Below are positions 40,025 through 53,454 of a stretch of DNA of 64,000 nt, piece after piece. The DNA is taken from positions 33,728,001-33,792,000 of the forward strand of contig OX597830.1 of the NCBI GenBank assembly GCA_951406725.2, in the 5' to 3' direction. This stretch comes from Octopus vulgaris. Taxonomy: Eukaryota. Under the pieces are notes generated by a model. That model was not told where the DNA came from, ran no database searches, and was given only the letters and a program-made list of their open reading frames with translations. The position numbers and the translations under genes were made by a program. Within the stretch, counting starts at the first letter, position 1. The number at the start of each line of letters is the position of its first letter.

Positions 40025-40330
40025 ATCTATCTGTCAACCTACCTACCTACCTACCTACCTACCTACCTACCTACCTACCTACTATCTATCTATTTATCTA
40101 TCTATCTATCTACTTATCTATCTCTCTGTCTGTCCATCCATCCATCATCCATCCATCCATCCATCCATCCATCTGTCCATCCATCTATCTATATATCTGT
40201 CTGTCTGTCTGTTTATCTGTTTATCAATCCATCTATCAATCCATCCATCCATCTATCTGTCTGTATGTCTATCTATTCTATCTATCTATCTATCTATCTA
40301 TCTATCCATCCGTCTATCCAACCATCTATT
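40025..40330. repeat. Compound (CCTA)/(TCTA)/(CCAT) microsatellite
   Basis: Read directly from the sequence. Confidence 0.93.
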
Positions 40331-41057
40331 GACCAAGCTAGCTAGCTATGTAAACACACATTAGTACATACATACACACACATACATGCACACACATAGA
40401 GCAAAGATATAGGTACACAATCATATGCACAGCATAACATATGCAGGTTCATGCTATAACAGCCCACATCTCCTTCATGGCAAGTTTCCATTGGAAACAG
40501 CATAGACAGGGTTATTAATATTGTTTTTGCATTACATAACTTAATGAATCATTTACTTGATGAACAACCACACACACACCCCACTCCACCCCCCACACAC
40601 ATACTTGTAAACTTCCTTTCTCCTATATAAGCTCCTCCACCACTTCGACACCTAAAGCCATCCTACCTTTTAAAACACTATCATCATCATCATTACTGTC
40701 ATTATCAATCACCATCATGATTATGATCGTCATGATGATGATGATGATCATGATCATCATCACCATCACCATTATCATCACCAACTCTATGTCTACACAC
40801 ACCTGGCAGTTTTTAATTCTTTTTATTTCATTATGGATTAATCAGGTTTTTACTATGCTTTGCAATTTACTGCTGTTGTCCAATAATTGATCTTTTGCCA
40901 ATTATTGATACTCTAAAGTACACCTCCATACACACACTCACACATGCACAGATAGAGGGCCATAGAGACACATACACGTATGCATGGAGATGCACATGTA
41001 CCCACCTGTTTGCAGGTGTGCATCAGTATATTTGAATACACATACATATAAACAGAT

Positions 41058-42043
41058 ATTTTAGTAATATTTAATTCCTATATTTATTTTATTTAAATTA
41101 TTGCATTTTTTTATTTATATATTCTATTCAACTGCTTTAGAAATAAAATTATGTGGTTATTTGAATCAGGGGTTGGGAGTTCAGTACTTCATTTTACTAA
41201 ATGTAAAATTACTTTAAAGAGAGTACACCCTTAATTGGAGTATTATAGGTAGAGCCGACTACTGTAATATTGGGAATGAAATATGTTTATTATGCATAAC
41301 TGAATTTATGAAGCTACTACAGTCTAGAGATGAATTATTAAACACACATGATGAACGAAGAGTTAAATGTAGGCACTAATGTAATTTTACATTTAGTAAA
41401 ATGAAGTGCTGAACCCCCAACCCCTGAATAAAATAGCAACATAATTTTATTTCTAAAGCACTTGAATAGAATATACAAATAAAGAAATTTAAAAAAGTGA
41501 TAATTTAAATAAAATAAATATATGAATTAAATGTTACTAAAATTATATAATAACAAAATATATATACCTCCCAATATAGGTAAATTTGAAAATAATAATA
41601 GAGAATAATTTAAAATTAAAACTATGTATAGTGTAATTACCCCACTTGGTACTAATCACCTATAAATACCTATAGTTCTCTGCTATCTTTTTCCTCTAAT
41701 CACCATTTTAGCACCAGCAAAAAAAGGAAGATATGTATTTGAATTTTTCTTGTTATATATCACATTTAAACACAAACATTTTAATTCTGATGTTTAATTT
41801 TATATCTCACATTCTGTATTTGACATATACTTGATTTTACATGATTGATATATATATACTAATTCATATTTATGATGTACAATTTATAAATTTTAATTTT
41901 TAATATTACAAAGTAAAATTTTTATTCTTAATTTTTAATGTTTAATGCTTAATTGTATTGCTTATTTTTAAAGGGATGTAAAATTAGATATATAATATTT
42001 TGAAATAGAACCTGAAGATGTGCTGGAATAATTGTGAATCTGA

Positions 42044-42050
<7 letters not shown>
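41058..42050 (+). mobile_element. 5'-truncated Penelope-like element with an inverted 5' copy of its ORF end and 3' UTR
   Basis: 41218-41412 reads REYTLNWSIIGRADYCNIGNEICLLCITEFMKLLQSRDELLNTHDERRVKCRH*CNFTFSKMKC*. 41058-41212 is the inverted copy of 41381-41543. The AT-rich tail ends near cctgaagatg and (TA)n; the right boundary is approximate. Confidence 0.78.
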
Positions 42051-42091
<41 letters not shown>

Positions 42092-42214
42092 GACAAAAAT
42101 TATTTCTTGTTGTATATGTGTGTATGTGAGGTATAGTTAGGATACCAAAGTTTAACTCATTAAATTGTTGAGACTTATGTCAGCCTTTGCGAATTAATCT
42201 TTGGTCAAAAAGCA

Positions 42215-42920
42215 GTCCAGCTGTGGCCACGCTGGGGCAAAACCTTGAATTTCTAGTTGAATGAATGAATTGACCCTAGTACTTTTTTCTCTTTTTCTTA
42301 AGGCCTGGTACTTGTTCTGTTGGTCTCTTTCGCTGAAATGCTAAGTTATAAGTTATGGGGATATAAACACATCAACACCATAGTTGTGTGGTAAGAAGCT
42401 TGCTTCCCAACCACATGGTTCCGGGTTCATTCCCATTGTGTGGCAGCTGGGCAAGTGTTTTCTGCTATAGCCTTGGGTCAACCAAAGCCTTGTAAGTGGA
42501 TTTGGCAGACGGAAACTGAAAGTAGCCCGTTATATATATATGTTTATATATGTATATGTTTGTGAGTCCTTGTTTGTCCCTCCACCATTGCTTGACAAAC
42601 AATGTTGGTGAGTCTACATCCCGTAACTAAGTGGTTTGGCAAAAAGAGACCAATAAAATATATACTAAGCTTACAAAGAATAAGTCCTGGGGTCAATTTC
42701 CTTGACTAAATGCAGTGCTCCAGTATGGCTGCAGTCAAATGACTGAAACAAGTAAAAGAATAAAAGAATATAAATATAAATCCAAATCCACTCACAAGGC
42801 TTTGGTCGGCCTGAGGTTGTAATAGAAGACACTTGCCTATGCAGGAGCCATGCAGTGGGACTGAACCTAGAACCATGTGGTTGAGAAGCAAGCATCTTAC
42901 CATGCAAACATACCTACACC
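42215..42920. mobile_element. Family A SINE (+, 42383-42770) nested in a minus-strand family A copy
   Basis: Minus-strand tail at 42215-42382 and minus-strand head at 42781-42920 flank a plus-strand copy. Confidence 0.82.
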
Positions 42921-42937
42921 TATATTCTTACCATACA

Positions 42938-43154
42938 AAGGTGTCAAACTGGCACAAACATTAGCACATAGGGCAAAATGCTTAGTGGTATTCTGTCTGT
43001 CTTTACTTTCTGAGTTCAAATTCTGCTGAGGTCAAATTTGCCTTTCATCCTTTTGGGGGTCGATAAAATAATTACCGGTTGCATACTGGGGTCAATCTAA
43101 TCGACTGGCCCTATCCCTCAAAATTTCGGGTGTTGTTCCTAGAGTTGAAAAGAT
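42938..43154 (+). mobile_element. Family B SINE
   Basis: 17-bp TSD tatattcttaccataca at 42921-42937 and 43155-43171. Confidence 0.9.
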
Positions 43155-43869
43155 TATATTCTTACCATACAACCATGCCTAATTAAAAGTCAAATATTTT
43201 GTCCTTGTAATTCTTCATTATTCATGATGGTGTTGAACAACTTTAAAACTTCAGAACCCTCTTAATTTTAATTAATGATTTTAATAAATGTGGCAGTTTG
43301 TTTACCCACTTTTCAATCTGCAGAACACTGCCCTCAATGAAACCTGGTCATATACTATGTTAGGTGTAGAACATATACTACCAGATTATTCTGGTTCATT
43401 CTCATACTAGAGCTCAGCTGGTGTCTTAATCATAAAAGAGCAGGATGTGTTGCCTTGCTATTGGATATTATTGCATGTATGGTGTAACATCTGTTATCAC
43501 ATATCGATCAATTAATTTTTACATTGATGTATTTATTGTCTGTTTTTCCCTACTAGCATGTCTTGAATGGGTATTGATTTTTGTTGTTGTTTTAGGAAGG
43601 ATTTTCATAGCTGGATATTCTTCCTGTAATCAGCCCTCACTTGTTTTTTACAGTTGGGGATTTTTATTCCACAGTCCCTCAAAAGTGTAGAGTGATTAGT
43701 TTTAATGTCTATAAGCAATTAAGCAGTCCCACTCAAACGGTGACAAGTGAAATTTCAACATTGTCACCCATTTGCACACCCACATATATTTATATACACA
43801 TATACAATAGGCTTCTTTTAGTTTCCATGTGACAATTGACAATTCCCTTAACTACTTGGGGGTCATTGG

Positions 43870-44066
43870 GGTACTGCAGCCATGCAGCGTATCAAGGATG
43901 AGAAAGCCTGGTGGAGCCCACTCTCTCCAGGCTAAACTTATTTCTACAGCTGAGTGAACTGGTAAAATAAAGTGTTTTGCTCAAGAACTCAATGTATCAC
44001 CCAGTCCAGGGATCGAAACCACAATCTTATAGTCCAACACCCTAACCACTAAGCCATGCTCCTCCA
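43870..44066 (-). mobile_element. Older tRNA-headed SINE related to family C
   Basis: Minus-strand head tggaggagcatggcttagtggttagggtg...ggtttcgatccc. Confidence 0.6.
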
Positions 44067-44399
44067 TGCATTAAATCCAATAACAAGATATGGTAACTGT
44101 CTCATGACAGAAACAAGTAAAAGATAAAACATGCCAAATTTGTTTCTCTATCCATTTTTCCAAGCTAGTATTGGTTAGTTGGGTGTATCTAAATGCTTTC
44201 TTTTTAGTTTCTGTCTTCCAGATTCACTAACAAAGCTTTGGACAGGCTGAGGCAAAAGTAAAAGGCACTTGCCCAAGGTGTCATGCGGTGGGGTTGAACC
44301 CAAGATCATGTAGTTGGGAAACAAACTTCTTAGCCACACAGCCCCATCTTAGGATAGTAAGTATAGAATGTTTAATGATTGGTAATAGAGAATGATACT

Positions 44400-44640
44400 T
44401 ATTTCTTTATTCTTTATTGCCCACAAGGAGCTAAACATAGAGGAGACAAACAAGGACAAACAAAGGGATCAAGTTGATTACATCGACCCCAGTGTGTAAC
44501 TAGTACTTAATTTATTGACCCCGAAAGGATGAAAGGCAAAGTCGACCTCGGCGGAATTTGAACTCAGAACGTAACGACAGACGAAATACCGCTAAGTATT
44601 TTGCCTGGCATGCTAACAGTTCTGCCAGTTCACTGCCGTG
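44400..44640 (-). mobile_element. Family B SINE
   Basis: TSD gagaatgatact at 44388-44399 and 44641-44652. Confidence 0.9.
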
Positions 44641-45129
44641 GAGAATGATACTATCCGGATACAGCAATACATAAATGTTGTTTTGTGTTAAGTCAATGTA
44701 GTTAAGGTTAAGAAGAAAACTAGTTTTTTTGTGGAAATTACTTGTAATGTGTGTCAGCAAAGAAGAAAAAGAAAAAAACAATGAAAAAAAGAACAGATAA
44801 AATTTTATGAAATAAGACATATGTGTTCTGAGAGTTGAGAGGTGAGTACTGTAAATTTCAAGTTATTTTTAGAATGTCATTAGTCTTGATTGAGTGATAT
44901 TTCTGGAGAATTTTATATTTGTTCTGGTCAACCAACTTAGTAATCTAGTTGTCAAATCTACCAAATCAAACACATTTTCTTCTTTAAAAGGCTGATCTAC
45001 AAGTTAAAATTGAAACAGAGTGAGTTAATATATCAATGATTTTAATAGTCCCAACACATCACAGTGTTTATCTACAATGGTTATAAATAATAATTTAGCA
45101 GAAACAGCCCCAAATTAACTAAGATACTT

Positions 45130-45590
45130 TTTTTTTTATTATTTTCAATGTTTTTTTTTTCACTTGTTTGGTCAGGAAAATGGGGCTATACCCCCATACC
45201 CAGGCTCTCCAAGAGAGATGAACTTGATGCTGTTAATGTTCTGTTTGAAAGATGCTGATTGATACCTGCAGGAAAGACATGAACAGAGAGAAGATTCCAG
45301 TGGGTTGATATCCTGGGGTAGAAGGACTAGAAATATTGGTGGTTAATGTGAGAATAATGGGAGGAGAGGCAACCAGGATGAGTGTGAAATGGAGAGACAA
45401 ATGGCTCAAGGATGTCTAAATGGTAGTGGCAATATGAGGACAGATAGATCTGAGGACAGATAGATCTGAGGACCAAAGACTATATTATAGTAGTAATAGA
45501 AAAATTAGAGAGAGGAGACAACATGCTTTCAGGGAGAAGACTGGAGAATGTCCATTAGTGATGAGAACGATAAGCATAAACCGTTCTGCT
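45130..45590 (-). mobile_element. Jockey/CR1-group LINE 3' end
   Basis: Minus strand reads SFYPRISTHWNLLSVHVFPAGIN / SFKQNINSI, followed by an A-rich tail. Confidence 0.6.
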
Positions 45591-45596
45591 TATTGT

Positions 45597-46020
45597 CATC
45601 ATCATCATCATCATCGTTTAATGTCAGCTTTCTATACTAGCATGGGTTGGACGATTTTGACTGAGGACTGGTGAACCAGATAGCTGCACCAGGCTCCAAT
45701 CTTGATCTGGCAGAATTTCTACAGCTGGATGCCCTTCCTAATGCCAACCACTCCGAGAGTGTAGTGGGTGCTTTTATGTGCCACCGGCACAAGGGCCAGT
45801 CAAGTGGTACCGGCCACACTCTTTCAACACTCAAATGGTGTTTTTTACGTGTCACCTGCACAGGAGCCAGTCCAGCGGCACTGGCAACAACCTCGCTCGA
45901 ATGTTTTTCATGTGCCACCAGCACAAGTGCCAGTAAGGTGACGCTGATAATGATCACGCTTGGATGGTGCTCTTAACGCTCCACTAGCATGGATGCCAGT
46001 CCTCGATTTTGATTTCGATT
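45597..46020 (-). mobile_element. Family D element, subfamily 1
   Basis: Reverse-complement match to 19276-19713, including the internal tandem units. Confidence 0.88.
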
Positions 46021-46029
46021 ATCATTAGA

Positions 46030-47761
46030 AAATGAGCAATGCATCAATGAAGGCAGGCAGGCTAAAACACACTTGGAGACAGGACATCTCAACAATTCTA
46101 ATTCAGATTTGGAGTACTTCAAATCACTGAAAGAAAATTTTGGAAACTGAACAAAAGTTACTTCACTATTTGCTGTAAAGTAAGCATCCCCAAAGCCAGT
46201 TATGAAATCTCCTTGCTTATAGCAAAACATGGAAAGGATCAAACTAGAGAGCTACTGATTAAACCAGCTATCTCAATATTCTTAGAAACTGTACAAGAAG
46301 AAGATAATAGAGATGTCAGGGCCATACCACTCAGTAATAACACTGTCTACAACAGATTTGATGAAATGGGGCAAGATTTTGAAAACCAGCTTATTGAGAC
46401 ATTAAAATCACGAAAATTCTCATTATTAGTGGATGAAACCACATTTCAGGACACTGAGGCCGTGTTATTGACTTATGTGAGATACACTGAGTATGAGGCA
46501 TCATTGGAAACAACCATAAATGCAAAGGATATCCAGAGCACGCTTAAACATTATTTGGATGAAAACAAAATGCCGAAAGAAAACATACTGTCTTGCATGG
46601 CAGATGGTGCACCTGATATGATGGGCAAGAAAACAGGATGCTTAAAAATGATGAAGGATGAAAATCCAAACATGTTGATTGTCCATTGTATCATACACCA
46701 AGAAAATTCGGTTGTCAAGAAACTGTCCCCTGTTCTTAATGAGATTCTATAAGCTGTGATCAAGTGTGTCAATAGCATTAAAGCAAATCCCAAAGCTGAA
46801 CGTCTTTTTAAGCAGTTTTGTGTAAATCAAAGTACTGAGCATGTTTGATTATTGCTTCATACAGAAGTAAGGTGGCTATCAAGTGGAAATAGCTTAAAAA
46901 TGTTGATGGAATTATTTGATCAACTTAACGACTTTCTCAGTGATAAAGTTAAAATGAAAATACTGTCAACAACGGATGGAAAAGCGTTTGTCAGTTATTT
47001 GACAGGCATCTTTGAGAAACTTGGAAACTTAAATAAGCAACTCCAAGGTACAAACATGATGCTTGTTGATGTGAAAGCAAAGACTTTTGGATTCATTGCA
47101 GCCTCGAAATATGCCAAAAAAAATGTTTCCAAAAGAAATTTCAGCCAGTTATACTGGTTGAGTAAAAGTGAGAGGACAAATAATGCAGCCACCATAATCA
47201 TTGACCATTTGGATAACTTTAATAAAGGACTTCAATGACGGATTTTGTGATTTGCAGGCAATGAATTTTCCCACATGGTTAACTCAACCACTGCTGATTG
47301 ACGTTTCTGATGCTGCAGTTCAATACCAAGAAGCGTTATCAGAATTGCAACATGATGAATCAGAGAAGACATTGTTTAAACTGAAAGGTACAAATATGTG
47401 GCTATGTTGAAAGAAAATACCTCAACATCTCTAAATCAACAAGAGAACTATTGATTTATTTTCCTTCGTCTTATTTGGTCGAATGTGGATTCAGTGCAGT
47501 TGACAATTTGTAGGAAGCCAAGAGAAACTGGCATGAAATTACAAAGCATGGTGATTTAACACTGAAGTTAACAAAATTGTCTCTCATCAAATCAAGGATC
47601 TGTGCCATAGGGTTCTCACTAAATGAGTTGAGGTATCATATATCCATCTATATTAAAAAAAAATGTTGGTGAGCACCAGAATTTTTGTCATTAAAAAGTG
47701 AGGTACCAGAAAATTTGTTATTAAAAAGTGGGGCACCGGGAGAAGAGATTGGAAAACACTG
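46030..47761 (+). mobile_element. Decayed hAT (Buster/Charlie-like) transposon with right TIR
   Basis: PLSNNTV, FSLLVDETT, SCMADGAPDMMG, VHCIIHQE and LHTEVRWLS motifs, with stops and frameshifts. Subterminal ttaaaaagtg repeats; end ttggaaaacactg|ttctacat. Confidence 0.92.
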
Positions 47762-48234
47762 TTCTACATGCTTCAGTTGAGGCCTATAACTGAATATTGT
47801 TTTCATGTATACATTAGGAATGTAGCTATGCTCACAGATATCTTTGATTGCATCCAGAGAAGGGTCTCATACACACACTTATATTGATATGTTCACACAA
47901 TTAACTTCTTTCAGTTTTACTTACAAATCTTTGGTAAGTCTGATGCTATAAGTTAAAGGCACATGTTGCAACTGTTACACAGTGGTGGGGTGGACCCAAA
48001 AGAATGTGGTTATGAAACACAACAAATAAGTCATTCATCTTCAAGCCATGTGACTTGAAAATTGAACTTGTGTAGAATGATCTCATAACATCCTACTGTT
48101 AGTGTTTACTATAACTATAGAATATCCAGTACTACAGTTACTGCATGACGAAAATGAAGAGCAGAAAAAGAAACAAAAGATGTCACAAAAGTAATTTGTG
48201 AGTAGCACAAACATTTATTAAATATCGATATTTA

Positions 48235-48398
48235 GGTGCAGGTGTTGCTGCGTGGTAAGAAGCTAGCTTCTCAACCTTATGGTTTCAGGTTCAGTCCCAC
48301 TGCATGGCACCTTAGGTAAGTGTCTTCTACTTTAGCCTTGGGCCAACCAAAGCCTTGAGTGGATTTGGTAGACAGAAACTGAAAGAAGCCCATCGTAT

Positions 48399-48452
<54 letters not shown>

Positions 48453-48589
48453 TGATAGGGCTCAGAAAGTGTGTCAATAGCCAGCTGGAGGAGATGTCTT
48501 CCTGGGGCTGCAAGCTACAGTAACATCAACTCTTATGGGTTAGCCACATTTAGGTGGCAAATATATTTCACGATATGTATGTATGTATG

Positions 48590-48620
<31 letters not shown>

Positions 48621-48907
48621 AAATATTTATATATACATGCACATATATATGTGTGCGTGTGTGTGTCTGTATATGGATATATATTTGTGTGAGTGTCTTT
48701 GTGTCTACCTTTGTACCCCATCACCACTCAACAACTGGTGTTGGTGTGTTTACATCCCCATAACTTAGTGGTTCAGCAAAGAGACCAACAGAATACGTAC
48801 TAGGCTTTAGAAAATCAAAATAAGTCATAGAGCCGATTTGCTCAACTAAAAACCATTCAAGGGAGTGCTCCAGCATGGCTGCAGTCAAACGACCAAAACA
48901 AAAGAAT
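48235..48907 (+). mobile_element. Family A SINE, full length with an internal insert
   Basis: Head ggtgcaggtgttgctgcgtggtaag; tail gtgctccagcatggctgcagtcaaacgac. Confidence 0.87.
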
Positions 48908-50267
48908 ATGACAAAATGGAGTCATTTATATTTAGGACATCGTAATCATTCATGTTACTTCACACAAAATGCATACATAATTTATATCACTCTAATGTTC
49001 GTTAAAATCTTCGTAAAGGAATCTTTAATTCAAAAATATCAGGACTAATTAAATATTTTTGAGATAAAATTTCATTATTTTTATTATTGTGTGTTTTATT
49101 ATTAGTGTGTGTTTTTATGATCTCCTGCAATGCACAGCTTTTCTGCAATTATTCTTTTCATTCTTATGAATCTGTTACAATAGTTTGGTGTAATTGTATT
49201 TGTGATGATCGGATATGTTATCAACATCGTCTATTGTTGCTCAGCTTATGTTATTGTCATTGCTGTTATTATCATCATTGCCACATGAGTGGCCGTGTTT
49301 GGTTGAGACCAACTGAAATGACTAAAGGGTTTTCTGCATTCTTCAATGTTATGGATTTCAGGTTTAGGAGTTCAAGATAAATGGCTTGTTGAGACTGAAT
49401 TATGCCTTCAAGTTGCAAATTAAATTAGAACATGCTAGTTAGACAGTTCTTCAATTACTATCACCTTGTTAATTAATTGACTATTTTTTTTTGTTTTTAG
49501 TCCTCAACATTTTTTCTTTTTTAAATCGATTTTTTTTTTTTCAAAGGAATTCATTCTGTTAATGTCAGAAAATTAAGGATGAAATCACTTGAAGTTTCCA
49601 CTGTTGAACAACTTGTAATGTTAAGCATTTTGTGTTACGAGGTGATTGCACATTTCAAGTTCTAGGAGGCAATCATCTTATATTCATTTAAAGCAAATGA
49701 AAGTTCTTTGTCGTGTTTTATCATCTCGTTTGCGTTAGATTTAATTGAGTGCATAATGGGAACAAGTATGAAATAATCGCTTGAGAAATGAAATACCTTT
49801 TCTTTAGCTGAATGCAAAAAAAGTAACATATAAACTCAAAGAACACAAACCAAATCCATGAGGTTTTCATTTTAGTTTCTATTTATATTTTATTTATTTA
49901 TTTTATTTTTCATTTCTATTTATCCATTTTCCTATTTATTTATTTTTCTCTTTTATTTATTTCTTGTCCCACAATATCCATTGACAGTCATTGCCAAGGT
50001 TTTGTTGATATTGAAAGTTGGTCAATTGTAATGTTGCTGAAATGAAATGTTTTCACCTTGGCCTCTTTCGCATGATCTACTTTGATCTGAGATGCACATT
50101 TATTTTGTATGATCTTTAAAGTGAATCTTTTCTTTCAAACAACTTCTCTATCAAAGCCAGAATGTTATAAACTCTTTACAAGTTTAAACAAATGTTTTAT
50201 AACTTTGTAATTTGACATTAATTCATTAAGTTAACCCACTCACACCTGGATTTAATTCCATTCTCCA

Positions 50268-50537
50268 CCTGTTTGTTCCTTCTCGAGCTTTGTCTGGCTC
50301 ATAAGGGCCGGTTTCCTGGTTTCCTTGGTGTATAGGTTCTCCACATGGATGGGACACTGGTCCATTGCAGGTGAGCTGCAAGATGCAGGAGGAAAGAGTG
50401 AGAGAAAGTTGTGGTGAAAGAGTCAGCAGAAGTTCGCCATTACCTTCTGCTGGAGCCGCGTGGAGCTTAAGTGTTTCACTCAAACACACACATCACCCGG
50501 TCTGAGATTTGAACCCATGATCCCTCGACCGCGAGTC
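50268..50537 (-). mobile_element. Family C SINE variant
   Basis: Matches 26711-26870; tail related to 346-441 and 12298-12390. Confidence 0.85.
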
Positions 50538-51409
50538 TTTACCAGGAATCCAGCAAATATGATGTTTATCCTATTCCCATCATAGTGGGAATACTGTATG
50601 CAAAAGAATAAATAGTTGCATATACAGCTCAAGAGTAACAATTGCAGACAAACTAACAGACAGAACTGGCTGCTATCAATAATGACTTGTAGAGATGTAG
50701 TATTTCATAATGCAACCATGATATACTTATAAAGTATATTAAACATTTTTATAAGTCAGTACCATCTTCTCTTGTGATAGCAGTGCGATATACATCACTT
50801 GTTAAGGTTATCTTAACAGATATTCTATGCATCTTCTTTTCCTGCATGTGTCATTCATTACCGCTTTACGTTGTCATCTATCAAACTTCAGGGTTAAGTA
50901 ATTTTCAGACATTCGCCGTCAGGTTTCTGCTGCCAAGGTGACCACTGCAGTGGAACTGAGCCTAAGAACCATTTTGATACACCAATGACACATTCTAGTA
51001 GCAGATTTAGGTCAATATTCGAAAACAAAACTTCCAAAATTTTCATCAAAGAATACTTTTATTTTCATCTTTTCATTTCATCATAATGCAATAAGTTAAA
51101 CTGCTTTAAATCATTGACAATTTCATTTCCAACATTGGAAAGATTGGGAGAAGAGGATGTAAAAGAATAAGAAAGAGAAAGAGCGAAAAACAAGAGTAAA
51201 AAGGTCATATCAATTGCACATCAGAATTATTAATATAAACTTACTTGGAAGATATATACATATATATATATATATATGGCAAATGAAAGATGGAAGATGG
51301 AATATACATAACAATCACTGTGAAAGTGCCAGTGCTTTACCAGTAAGCGACCAGGTGTAAAACATTCTTTTTATTATCCATTATACACACACACACACAC
51401 ACATACATG

Positions 51410-51943
51410 ATTAGCTTCTTTCAGTTTCCTTTCCATCTATCACATCCACTCTCAAGGCTTTAGTCAGCCAAAACCTATAGTAGAAAACACTTTGCCCAAG
51501 GTGACCACTGCAGTGGAACTGAGCCTAAGAACCATGTGGTTTGGAAGCAAATAACTTATCTCACAGCCACGTCCATGCCTATCTTGATCATATTTGAAAA
51601 CAAGACTTGCAAATCTTCATCAAAGATACTTTTATTTTCATCTTGTCATCTCATCATAAGCCAATAAGTTAAACTGCTTTAAATCATTGACAATTTCATT
51701 TCTGATTCTAGTAAAAGTTGGTATTTCCTTTTTATCTTCAAACAGCAATCATTTAGTTGCTTCAAAGATGGTAAAATGTTTTAAAATAATCCATAGCACT
51801 GGTATCTTTTATCTTTTACCTGTGTCAGTCATTAGACTGTGGCCATGCTGGGGCACTACCGTGAAGAATCTCAGTCAACTGTTTCAGCTCCAGGATTTAA
51901 TTTCTTTTAATGCTTTTTTTTATTAACAGTATCTCTCTCTCTC

Positions 51944-51986
<43 letters not shown>

Positions 51987-52260
51987 TGAGCCACTAAGTT
52001 GCAGGGATGTAAACACACCTGCATTGGTTGTCAAGTGGTAGTGGGCGACAAACACAAACATGAACACACACACACATATGCATGTACACACAATAGGCTT
52101 GGCTTCTTTCAGTTTCCTTTCCATCTATCACATCCACTCACAAGGCTTTAGTCAGCCAAAAGCTATAGTAGAAAACACTTGCCCAAGGTGCCACACAGTG
52201 GACTGAACCCAGAATCATGTGGTTGGAAAGCAGACTTCTTACAACACAGCCACACCTGCA
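51410..52260 (-). mobile_element. Two family A SINE copies (51410-51580 and 51805-52260)
   Basis: Both carry the unusual string tcagtttcctttccatctatcacatccactc.caaggctttagtcagccaaaa. Confidence 0.85.
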
Positions 52261-52367
52261 TAGACTTTTGCTCTTGGACTACAGAAAATCTATCCTGTAA
52301 AGTAAAGCTTTTACCAATTTCATAAGGTAATAGAAAAGCTATGGTTTATTACTTGTAGAGGATTTCC

Positions 52368-52808
52368 GGATCTTTTCGGTTTGAATGGCAGTTTTTAACA
52401 TAATTTCTAGGTAACTAAAAGATTTTTAACTTCGTATACTGATAGAATGTGTTTATAAAACATCTTTTTCTCTTGGCTTTATTGAGAAAATTCTATAGTT
52501 TGTAAGATATTTGTCGTATTTTTTTCTTCAATTTCTGCAATTTCAACCAATCAATTACGTCCATTAATGTAAAAAAAACATTCTGTGCCGTATGAATATG
52601 TCCCTCGTTTAAGAAACAGATTGGGTTTATTTACATTTCTGAAGAAAAAAAGATACCCTTTCCCCCTACCCCTAACCCTAATTAACCCTAACTAACCCTA
52701 ACCCTAAAACAGATTGAAATGCAATAGATCGATACTAGGGTCATAATTATGGGTGACAATTTCGTATGACACTGCTAGAAAAAACTGCTGTTCAAACCGA
52801 AAAGATCC
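52368..52808. mobile_element. MITE with GG-initiated TIRs and an 8-bp TSD (Merlin-like) carrying telomere-like repeats
   Basis: TIR ggatcttttcggtttgaa / ttcaaaccgaaaagatcc; perfect TSD ggatttcc at 52360-52367 and 52809-52816. Confidence 0.88.
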
Positions 52809-53454
52809 GGATTTCCCTTTAAGGCTTTGACAAAAAGCATCCCCAAAACATTCTACTTCACTTGTAATAAGAAACTTCAAATATTTTGATACTTGTTGAA
52901 GAGAAATGACAAAGTCATTAGCAGGTTGTCTAGTCAGTTGTTTCAAAGAATAAAGGCCTTGTTCATTCTCTGAGTATCTTTTTGTCATTTCTTTATTTTG
53001 ATAGATGGAATATTTTTGTTTTTGATTAGTAGGTAATGTCATCTTTAACCTGCTCTTTAGTAAGTTCAGACCATTCTGTTTTTCATCAGAATAACCAGAA
53101 TTAATGGAAATAAATCCATTTATCTTCACAACTGGCTTCATAAATCTAAGATATCTTTCAGAATAGATAAAAACAAAAATTATCAAAAGACTGGAAACTT
53201 ATCTTTTAACACATGAGGTTTTGATTCTTAATAATGACATTACTGATTACAGAGACTCCTGGAGTGTAAAAATAGTTTGCCAATATCCAACCAATGATGC
53301 ATTTCACACTTCAGAAGTTATTGAGAAATGAAATCATTTCATACACATTTTAAGTGTGAGTTGTTCTACTACAGGCCAGTAAACACGAGCATCAAACTCT
53401 TGTAAAATTGCATGTAATCTCACATCATTAACTGTTACTTGTTAACATAATATT

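Noticed and set aside
46213-47410. Domesticated ZBED/SCAND3-like host gene
   Set aside because: Multiple stops and frameshifts plus a retained TIR show a dead transposon.
49500-50930. Repeat-poor sequence as conserved non-coding element or exon
   Set aside because: No ORF or splice support, and conservation cannot be judged from one sequence.
52704-53186. 160-aa minus-strand ORF of ordinary composition
   Set aside because: Non-ATG start, its 3' part reads into the MITE, and no motif was recognised. It may be a decayed coding relic, but that cannot be supported without a search.
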